Part shown: positions 56,970-64,000 of the stretch, piece after piece
Layout: every line of letters begins with the position of its first letter
How positions within the stretch are numbered: the stretch's first letter is position 1
NCBI RefSeq assembly: GCF_045810705.1
Contig: NZ_JBJMVI010000008.1
Span: 39,142 to 103,141 of the forward strand
Length of the DNA stretch: 64,000 nucleotides
Source: Sphingomonas sp.
Lineage (GTDB): Bacteria > Pseudomonadota > Alphaproteobacteria > Sphingomonadales > Sphingomonadaceae
Direction of reading: 5' to 3'
The notes under the pieces: generated by a model
Seen by the model: only the letters and a program-made list of their open reading frames with translations
Told to the model about the DNA's origin: nothing
The model's database searches: none
Program-made: the position numbers and the translations under genes

Positions 56970-58253
56970 GTGGACAGCATCTGGATCAAGGGCGGGGCCA
57001 AGCTCCAGGGTGAGATCCCGATCAGCGGCGCCAAGAACGCCGCGCTGACCCTGATGCCTTGCGCGCTTCTCACGGATGAGAAGCTGACGCTCGCGAACCT
57101 GCCGCGCCTCGCCGACGTCGACACATTCAGCCATCTGCTCAACCAGCTCGGGGTCTCGACGTCTGTTGCCGGGGTGAAGAAGGGGCAGGTGGGTCGCCGT
57201 ATGACCCTCCAGGCCGACGACATCGTCTCGACGGTCGCGCCCTATGACATGGTGCGAAAGATGCGCGCCTCGGTCCTGGTGCTCGGCCCGATGCTTGCCC
57301 GTGCGGGCGAAGCGACGGTGTCGCTTCCGGGCGGCTGCGCAATCGGCGACCGCCCGATCGATCTGCACCTCAAGGCGCTCGAATGCATGGGGGCCGAGAT
57401 CGAACTGGCGGCCGGCTATGTGAGGGCCAGCGCGCCCAAGGGGCGGCTCGCCGGCGGCGATTACAGCTTTCCCGTGGTGTCGGTCGGCGCGACCGAGAAT
57501 GCGGTGATGGCCGCGGTGCTGGCGAAGGGCCGAACGCAATTGTTCAACGCGGCGCGCGAGCCCGAGATCGTCGATCTCTGCAGTTTGCTGGTTGCGATGG
57601 GCGCCAAGATTCGCGGCATTGGATCGTCGCACCTGATCATCGACGGCGTCGAGGGGCTGCACGGCTGCGAATATGAGGTTATGCCCGACCGCATCGAGGC
57701 CGGCAGCTATGCCTGCGCGGCGGCAATGACCGGCGGTTCGCTCGACCTCATCGGCGCGCGGCCCGACGACATGCAGGCGACTCTAGGCGCGCTCGCCCAA
57801 GCGGGCCTGATGATCGAGTTCCACAATCGCGGCATCAAGGTCAGCGCGGACGGAGGGCTGAAGCCGCTTGCGCTCTCGACCTCGCCGTTTCCCGGGTTCG
57901 CCACCGACATGCAGGCGCAGTTCATGGCGATGCTCGCGCTCGCGCGAGGCGACAGCTTCCTCGAGGAGACGATCTTCGAGAACCGCTACATGCATGTGCC
58001 CGAGCTTCGCCGGATGGGCGCGGAGATCGACATCCACGGCCGCTCGGCGATCGTTCACGGCGTCGAGACACTGACCGGGGCCGCCGTGATGGCGACCGAT
58101 CTCCGCGCGTCGATGAGCCTGGTGCTTGCTGGCCTCGTCGCCGAGGGCGAGACCGAGATCCTGCGCGTCTATCACCTCGATCGCGGCTACGAGCGGCTGG
58201 AAGAGAAACTCTCCGCCGTAGGCGCGACGATCGAGCGGCGCAGTTCGGGTTAG
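56970..58253 (+). CDS. murA: UDP-N-acetylglucosamine 1-carboxyvinyltransferase
   Basis: [60 protein letters not shown]. Confidence 0.98.
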   Translation: MDSIWIKGGAKLQGEIPISGAKNAALTLMPCALLTDEKLTLANLPRLADVDTFSHLLNQLGVSTSVAGVKKGQVGRRMTLQADDIVSTVAPYDMVRKMRASVLVLGPMLARAGEATVSLPGGCAIGDRPIDLHLKALECMGAEIELAAGYVRASAPKGRLAGGDYSFPVVSVGATENAVMAAVLAKGRTQLFNAAREPEIVDLCSLLVAMGAKIRGIGSSHLIIDGVEGLHGCEYEVMPDRIEAGSYACAAAMTGGSLDLIGARPDDMQATLGALAQAGLMIEFHNRGIKVSADGGLKPLALSTSPFPGFATDMQAQFMAMLALARGDSFLEETIFENRYMHVPELRRMGAEIDIHGRSAIVHGVETLTGAAVMATDLRASMSLVLAGLVAEGETEILRVYHLDRGYERLEEKLSAVGATIERRSSG

Positions 58254-59020
58254 AGCTTCTTGAAGAAGCGGATGCTGGTCCGCTCGTAGCCCATGTGGCG
58301 GTAGAAGGCGTGGGCCTCTGCGCGGCGGTCGTTGCTGGTGACCTCGATCAGCCGGCAGCCCTTCTTGCGGCACCATTGCTCGGCGGCTTCGACTAGCAAG
58401 CGGCCGACACCGTGGCCCTTGGCTTCCTCGGCAACGACGAGAATCGTGATCCGGCCGAGCGGCGCATCCCGGTGCAGGGTGATGGTGCGATGGACGCCGC
58501 ACAGGCCGATCACCGCTTTGTCGAGGGTGGCGAGGAGCGGGGTTTCGCCGAGCCTCTTGAGCGTTCCGAGGTTCTTCCGAACCTGCTTTTCGCTGATCTC
58601 GTGACCCAGCTGATGGATCAACGCAGCAAGACGGCGCGCGTCGGACGGCTTGGCTTCGCGGAGCTTGGGTTTGGGCTTTTCCTTCGGTTTTGGTGGCACG
58701 GCCGCGGCGCGCGGCGGTTTGGCCGCCGGCTCGGCGTCATTGGCGGCTGCCCGCTTCGGTTTCTTCTTCCTCGGCAGCACCGCGACGCCTAGCGATGCGC
58801 CCCAATCCTTGGCGCCAAGGTTGCGGAGATAGTCCTCGACTTGCGCAGGCTCTCCGATTGGCCCCTTGGCGTCCATGCCGAACACCGGCTTGCCCGAGAC
58901 ATCGGTCAGCCCGACCTTGCCGAAGCGGCGCTTGCCGGGCGTGCGAATTCGCGATCGCACAAGCTTGAGCCCACGATTGCGGGCACTTTCTGCCAACTCG
59001 TCCAGCCACGGGTCGCTCAT
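58250..59020 (-). CDS. GNAT acetyltransferase with an extra N-terminal domain and Pro/Lys linker
   Basis: C-terminal [17 protein letters not shown]...[20 protein letters not shown]; ATG 59020 overlaps the DUF445 stop. Confidence 0.85.
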   Translation of the reverse strand: MSDPWLDELAESARNRGLKLVRSRIRTPGKRRFGKVGLTDVSGKPVFGMDAKGPIGEPAQVEDYLRNLGAKDWGASLGVAVLPRKKKPKRAAANDAEPAAKPPRAAAVPPKPKEKPKPKLREAKPSDARRLAALIHQLGHEISEKQVRKNLGTLKRLGETPLLATLDKAVIGLCGVHRTITLHRDAPLGRITILVVAEEAKGHGVGRLLVEAAEQWCRKKGCRLIEVTSNDRRAEAHAFYRHMGYERTSIRFFKKL

Positions 59021-60282
59021 AGCGTGTCGAGCAGGTGAAGGACGAGGCCGACCATGCCGCCGACGAGCGTTCCGTTGATCCGGATATATTGGAGGTCGCG
59101 CCCGACCGCGGCCTCGAGCCGGTTGGTCACGGTCTGCGCGTCCCATCCGCGGACCGTTTCGGACACCAATTTGACGATCGATCCGCCGTAGCTCGCGGCC
59201 ATGCCGACCACCGCGCGGCGGGCAAACTGGTTGATCGCCGCGCGAATCCGCGCGTCTTTCTCCAGCGTCCCGCCCATCGACTTCAAGACTTCGCCGAGTT
59301 TGCCGGCCATGACCGCGTCGGGGTTGCGCGCGGCTCGAATGATCGCCTCGCGGCCCTTTTGCCACAAGGTGTCGAGCCAAAGGCCGACCGACTTGTTGTC
59401 GAGCAGTTGCTCCTTGATCGCCTCGACCCGCTCGCGCGTTTCGGGCCTGGTCTGAAGGTCGTTGGCGAGCTGCGCGAGCGCCTCCTCGATCTTGAGCCGC
59501 ACTGGGTGTGCCGAGTCGGTCGACATTTCGGCCGTGAGCTTCCGCAGACCGTCGATGATCGCGTCGGCAAGCTTGGCGTCGAGGCCGGCGAGCTTCAGCA
59601 CCCAATTGGCCTTCTTGCGGACCATGTCGCGGATAAGCTGCTCGTTCGCGTCGAGCGCGCGCGCGGTCCAGCGGATCGCCGCCTCGAGCATCGGTACGTG
59701 CCGGTCCTCGTTGATCGCCGAGGCGAGTGCGTGGCCAAGCAGCGGCGAAACTTCCATCGAGCGCAGCCGCGTCGAGATCGCACCCTTGACGATGCCGCCC
59801 AGCCGCTCGTCGTCGAGGCTTTCGAAAATGTCGGCGATCAGGCGAGAAGCGCCGGCGCGGATCCGCGTTCCTTCGCCCGCCGGGGTCTGGAGGAAGCGGC
59901 CGGCGGCTCCCGCGATGTCGAGCCGCTGCATCCGGCGGGCGACGACCGAGGGGATCAGGAAATTCTCCCTGATGAAGCTCGCCAGCGCCTCGCCGATCCG
60001 GTCCTTGTTGCGCGGAATGATCGCGGTGTGCGGGATCGGCAGGCCGAGCGGGTGGCGGAACAGAGCGGTGACGGCGAACCAGTCGGCAAGTCCGCCGACC
60101 ATCGCCGCTTCGGCGAAGGCCTTGACGTAGCCGAGCCAGGGATACGAGGGCTCGAACGCGCGCGCCGCCGCGAACACCGCCGCCATCACCACCAACAGGC
60201 CGGTGGCGACGACCTTCATCCCTTGCGCACCGGGCTGCGCTGGGTTGAAGCGGGACAGAGCGCCGTTGGTCATCGCCCTCAT
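59017..60282 (-). CDS. DUF445 family membrane protein
   Basis: EAAMVGGLADWFAVTALFRHPLG.PIPHTAIIP.NK; DLQYIRINGTLVGG. Confidence 0.93.
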   Translation of the reverse strand: MRAMTNGALSRFNPAQPGAQGMKVVATGLLVVMAAVFAAARAFEPSYPWLGYVKAFAEAAMVGGLADWFAVTALFRHPLGLPIPHTAIIPRNKDRIGEALASFIRENFLIPSVVARRMQRLDIAGAAGRFLQTPAGEGTRIRAGASRLIADIFESLDDERLGGIVKGAISTRLRSMEVSPLLGHALASAINEDRHVPMLEAAIRWTARALDANEQLIRDMVRKKANWVLKLAGLDAKLADAIIDGLRKLTAEMSTDSAHPVRLKIEEALAQLANDLQTRPETRERVEAIKEQLLDNKSVGLWLDTLWQKGREAIIRAARNPDAVMAGKLGEVLKSMGGTLEKDARIRAAINQFARRAVVGMAASYGGSIVKLVSETVRGWDAQTVTNRLEAAVGRDLQYIRINGTLVGGMVGLVLHLLDTL

Positions 60283-60313
60283 GCCGGCTCAATAGCCGAC
60301 ATCGGCGCTCGGT

Positions 60314-63300
60314 TCACTCCGCCGGGATGGCGTGGCCGGTCGCGTGCGCTTCGCTGCCGATGAGCTTGTGGAACAGCTTGCCGATGCGCGTTTCGAGCGA
60401 AATGGCCATCGAGAAATAGGACGGGACAAGGAGGAGCGTCAGGACGGTCGAGAAGATCAGGCCGCCGATCACCGTGATACCCATCGGCGCACGCCAGCTG
60501 CCGTCGCCGCTCAGCGACAGCGCGGTCGGCAACATGCCGGCGACCATCGCCACCGTGGTCATCACGATCGGCTGCGCGCGCTTGTGGCCCGCTTCCCAGA
60601 TCGCCTCGTTCTTCGCCATCCCGTGATTCATCATCTCGACCGCGAAATCGACCAAAAGGATCGAATTCTTCGCGACGATCCCGAACAGCATCAGGATGCC
60701 GATCAGCACGAACAGCGAGATCGGCTGATTGGCGATATGCAGCGCGATGGCCGCACCGAGCGGAGCGAGTAACAGCGAACCCATGTTGACGAACGGTGCG
60801 AGGAAACGCCGGTAGAGCAGCACGAGCACCGCAAACACCAGCAGCACGCCCGAAAGCAGCGCGATCGCGAAGTTGAACAGCAGCTCCGACTGCCACTTCT
60901 GGTCGCCGAGGTTCATCTTCTGAACCCCCTGCGGCAGGTTCTTCACGGACGGCAGATTGTTGACTTTGGCCAAGACGTCGCCCTGGGCAACGCCCGGCGC
61001 TAGGTCGGCGCCAATCGATAGCCGCCGGAGCTGATTGGAGCGTTGGATCGTGGTCGGTCCCGAGCCGAAGCCGATTTCGGCCACGGATTTCAGCGGCACC
61101 GAGCCGCCGCCCGACGTCGGCACCGGCAGGTTCTCGAGCGTCGAGATATCCCGTCGCGCATTCTCCGACAGCGAAACCTGGATCGGCACTTGGCGGTCGG
61201 ACAGAGAGAATTTGGCGCTGTTCTGCTCGATGTCGCCCAAGGTCGCGATGCGGATCGTCTGACTGAGCGCGGCGGTCGTGACGCCGAGGTCGGCGGCGAG
61301 GTCGAAGCGGGGCTTGATCGTGATCTCGGGCTGCGCGAGCTGGCTCCCGACGCGCGGCGCGCGCAGGCCGGGTACGGTCGCCATCTCCTTGGCGATCTGG
61401 TTGGCGACCGCGGTCAGCTTCACCGGATCGTCGCCCCCGAGATAGAGCATGACGTCGCGCGAATCCGCATCCGGTCCGCCGCCGTTGCGCGTCTGGAAGC
61501 TGACCCGCGCGTCGGGGAACGCCGACAGGGTCGGCGCGAGCGCGCGCTCCCACTCAGAGCTCTTCATCTTGCGGGACTTCTTCAGAACGATGTTCACGTG
61601 GCCGTTGCCGACGTGGATATTCTCGAACACTCGCTCGACGTTGGGGTCGCGGATGAGGAGCGCGGCGACGCGATCGGTGGCAGCCTCGGTTTCCTTGAGC
61701 GTGCTGCCCGGCGCCAAGAGGATGTTGGCGCGGGAATAATCGCTGTTCGGCGGCGGGAAGAAGGACATCGACAAGGTGCCGAACAGCACGATGCTCAGCA
61801 GCAGGGTAGCGACGCCAGCCCAGACCATCGCTAGCCGATGGTCCTGCAAGCGCGCATTCCAGCGGGCGGCGACGATCTCGTGCCACTCGGCGAAGCCTCC
61901 GCCGAGCATGCTGACGATCATGCCGATCAGCTTCGCGGCGGCATATGCCACAGCCCCGCCCCCGGCGAGTGCAAGGATGAAGGTGATCGCACCGTTCCAG
62001 CCGAGCTTTCCGAGCATCATCATCGACGCGCCGGTCCCGGCCCCAAAGGCCGCCACGACGGCCAGCAACAGGAGCGTCCCAATCGCGTAATAACGAAGGT
62101 CGCGGGCGGGCCGTGGCAAGCGTCCAAGCAGCGCATGGGCCTTGGTCGTATCGAGGCTCCAGTTGAGAATCTTGAGGTAGATGTCCATCCACCGCCAGGC
62201 GGCGTGCGGCTGCACGCCGCGCGAGCGGAGGAAGTAAGCGGCGATCAGCGGGGTGATCATCCGGGCGACGAGCAAGCTCATCAGAACCGACACCACGACG
62301 GTGAAGCCGAACGCCTTGAAATATTGGCCGGCGATGCCTGGCATCAGCGCGACGGGCAGAAACACGGCGACGATCGCCATGGTGGTTGCAAGAACCGCAA
62401 GCCCGATTTCGTCGGCTGCGTCGAGCGCGGCTTGATAGGCCGACTTGCCCATTCGCATGTGCCGGACGATGTTTTCGATCTCGACGATCGCGTCATCGAC
62501 GAGCACGCCCGCGACCAGGCCCATCGCCATCGTCGACATGAAATTGAGCGTAATTCCGAGCATGCTCATGAACCAGAAGGCAGGGATCGCCGACATCGGG
62601 ATCGCCAGCGCGGAGATGGCGGTTGCACGGATATCGCGAAGGAATAGCAGGACGACGAAGACGGCAAGGACGGCGCCTTCGATCAGGCCCTCCATCGCCG
62701 AGCGATATTGCCCCTTCGTATAATCGACGGTGTTGAAAATCTCGGAGAAGTGGACCTTCGGATTTTCCTTCTCGAGCTTCTTCATCTCCTTCCACACGCC
62801 GTCATAGGCAGTGACTTCCGAAGAGCCCTTGGCGCGCTGGATCTGGAAGGTGACGACCTGCTGGCCGTTCATCTTGGCGATCGAGCGCTGCTCGGACGAG
62901 GAATCCTTGACCTGGCCAAGGTCGGCCAGCCGGACGAAGCGCCCTCCGGGCAGCGCGATCTGCGTTTGCGACAGCTCATAGGCGTCCTGCGCGTTGCCGA
63001 GCACGCGCACCGACTGCTCCGACCCCGCGATCTCGGCCCGGCCGCCTGGCGCATTGAGGTTGCTTTGCCGAAGCTGCTGGTTGACCTGGGCGGCAGTGAT
63101 TCCCTGAGCCTGGAGCGCCGCGGGATCGAGGATCACGCGGATCGTGCGATCGACTCCGCCATTGCGCGAAACGGCCGCGACCCCTGGCAGCCCGAGCAAC
63201 CGCTTGGCGACGTTATTGTCGACGTACCAGCTCAGCTGCTCGAGTGTCATGTCGGTGGTCTGCGCGCCGACCACCGCGATCGGCTCGCCCTCCGCATCGA

Positions 63301-63700
63301 CGCGCGTGACCTGCGGCTCGAGGATGCCATCGGGAAGGTTGCTGCGAATCTGCGCGACCGCGTTGCGGACGTCGTTGACCGCGCGGTCGGTCGGCGTGCC
63401 GAGCTGGAACTGCACAAAGGTCGTGCTGTTGCCCTCGCTCACCGAACTGCTCATCTCGTCGACGCCGTTGACTCCGCGGATCGCGGATTCGACCCTTTGG
63501 GTAACCTGTGTCTCGAGCTCGTTGGGCGCGGCGCCGGGCTGCGACACTGACACGATCGCCGCCGGGAAATCGATGTCGGGAGCGTTGTTCACCTGCATCC
63601 GCGCGAACGCGATCAGCCCGGCGAGCGTGAGCCCGACGAACAGGACGATCGGGAACACCGGATTGCGGATGCACCACGACGAGATGTTGCGGAAGTTCAT
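60314..63700 (-). CDS. RND efflux permease (AcrB/AcrD/AcrF family)
   Basis: MNFRNISSWCIRNP, GVLVDDAIVEIENI, GIVAKNSILLVDF, KRAQPIVMT; 1128 aa. Confidence 0.96.
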   Translation of the reverse strand: MNFRNISSWCIRNPVFPIVLFVGLTLAGLIAFARMQVNNAPDIDFPAAIVSVSQPGAAPNELETQVTQRVESAIRGVNGVDEMSSSVSEGNSTTFVQFQLGTPTDRAVNDVRNAVAQIRSNLPDGILEPQVTRVDAEGEPIAVVGAQTTDMTLEQLSWYVDNNVAKRLLGLPGVAAVSRNGGVDRTIRVILDPAALQAQGITAAQVNQQLRQSNLNAPGGRAEIAGSEQSVRVLGNAQDAYELSQTQIALPGGRFVRLADLGQVKDSSSEQRSIAKMNGQQVVTFQIQRAKGSSEVTAYDGVWKEMKKLEKENPKVHFSEIFNTVDYTKGQYRSAMEGLIEGAVLAVFVVLLFLRDIRATAISALAIPMSAIPAFWFMSMLGITLNFMSTMAMGLVAGVLVDDAIVEIENIVRHMRMGKSAYQAALDAADEIGLAVLATTMAIVAVFLPVALMPGIAGQYFKAFGFTVVVSVLMSLLVARMITPLIAAYFLRSRGVQPHAAWRWMDIYLKILNWSLDTTKAHALLGRLPRPARDLRYYAIGTLLLLAVVAAFGAGTGASMMMLGKLGWNGAITFILALAGGGAVAYAAAKLIGMIVSMLGGGFAEWHEIVAARWNARLQDHRLAMVWAGVATLLLSIVLFGTLSMSFFPPPNSDYSRANILLAPGSTLKETEAATDRVAALLIRDPNVERVFENIHVGNGHVNIVLKKSRKMKSSEWERALAPTLSAFPDARVSFQTRNGGGPDADSRDVMLYLGGDDPVKLTAVANQIAKEMATVPGLRAPRVGSQLAQPEITIKPRFDLAADLGVTTAALSQTIRIATLGDIEQNSAKFSLSDRQVPIQVSLSENARRDISTLENLPVPTSGGGSVPLKSVAEIGFGSGPTTIQRSNQLRRLSIGADLAPGVAQGDVLAKVNNLPSVKNLPQGVQKMNLGDQKWQSELLFNFAIALLSGVLLVFAVLVLLYRRFLAPFVNMGSLLLAPLGAAIALHIANQPISLFVLIGILMLFGIVAKNSILLVDFAVEMMNHGMAKNEAIWEAGHKRAQPIVMTTVAMVAGMLPTALSLSGDGSWRAPMGITVIGGLIFSTVLTLLLVPSYFSMAISLETRIGKLFHKLIGSEAHATGHAIPAE

Positions 63701-63731
63701 GGTCTAGCTGCTTTCAATGCTCGTCCACCGG

Positions 63732-64000
63732 TCAGTGTGTGGTCTCGCGACGCGCGTTGACCTTCTGGCCGGGGCTGAGGAACGGTCCGGCGGCCAGCAC
63801 GACGGCCTCATTGCCCGACAGGCCGCCCGTAATGGTCACGCCGTTGTCGTTGACGCTGCCGATCTTGACGTCACGCCGCTCGATCTCATTCTTGGCGTTG
63901 ACGATGTAGACGTAATTGCCGCGGTCGTCGCTCAGCACCGCGCTCTGCGGGAGCAGCGGCGCAGTGGTCGCGCCCGCCGTGATCCGCGCCTCGGCGAAAC
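63732..64000 (-). CDS. RND periplasmic adaptor subunit, 3' end only
   Basis: FAEARI...LLPQSAVLSDDRGNYVYIV...RRDVKIG...GLSGNEAVV. Confidence 0.9.
   Translation of the reverse strand, partial: FAEARITAGATTAPLLPQSAVLSDDRGNYVYIVNAKNEIERRDVKIGSVNDNGVTITGGLSGNEAVVLAAGPFLSPGQKVNARRETTH

Noticed and set aside
58250-60292. 680-aa ORF that appears to fuse an Arg-rich region to the GNAT
   Set aside because: The upstream part is an alternate frame of the DUF445 gene; the real GNAT start is the ATGA overlap at 59020
1-64000. CRISPR array, rRNA, IS transposase, phage structural or conjugation genes
   Set aside because: No regularly spaced repeats or diagnostic motifs recognised by eye

Overview
High-GC alphaproteobacterial chromosome segment; the gene set and order look sphingomonad (inference). 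Bases 1-3971 are core: the 5' part of a large NAD-glutamate dehydrogenase, a conserved hypothetical gene and tRNA-Thr(CGT). About 3972-36110 is a ~32 kb genomic island inserted at the tRNA 3' end, with a degenerate 17-18 bp copy of the tRNA end at 36094-36110. Its backbone is a large serine recombinase, DUF2924 and DUF3489 on the left, and DUF5681 plus a ParB-DNA methyltransferase on the right. Cargo: (i) one minus-strand unit, ECF-like sigma > XRE-HTH protein > ImmA/IrrE metallopeptidase-UvrD helicase-degenerate PD-(D/E)xK fusion > Ubl, E2, JAB, E1 (a Bil/ISG15-like ubiquitination operon), in which the sigma gene and the Ubl operon share a 26-bp upstream motif; (ii) SH3-MBL hydrolase, DUF2235 lipase and a membrane protein; (iii) an uptake/catabolic block (TonB receptor, PLP enzyme, two RidA, LysR, GNAT, creatininase-like) whose six transcription units all carry the same 16-bp upstream motif; (iv) a second serine recombinase and small genes, including a trypsin-fold protein lacking all three catalytic residues. 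From 36.2 kb to the end is core genome (hmgA/fahA, phaC, rarD, RluA-family synthase, gmk, phasin, clpS, murA, RND efflux). No CRISPR array or rRNA was seen. All family assignments come from motif recognition by eye; no database search was run.
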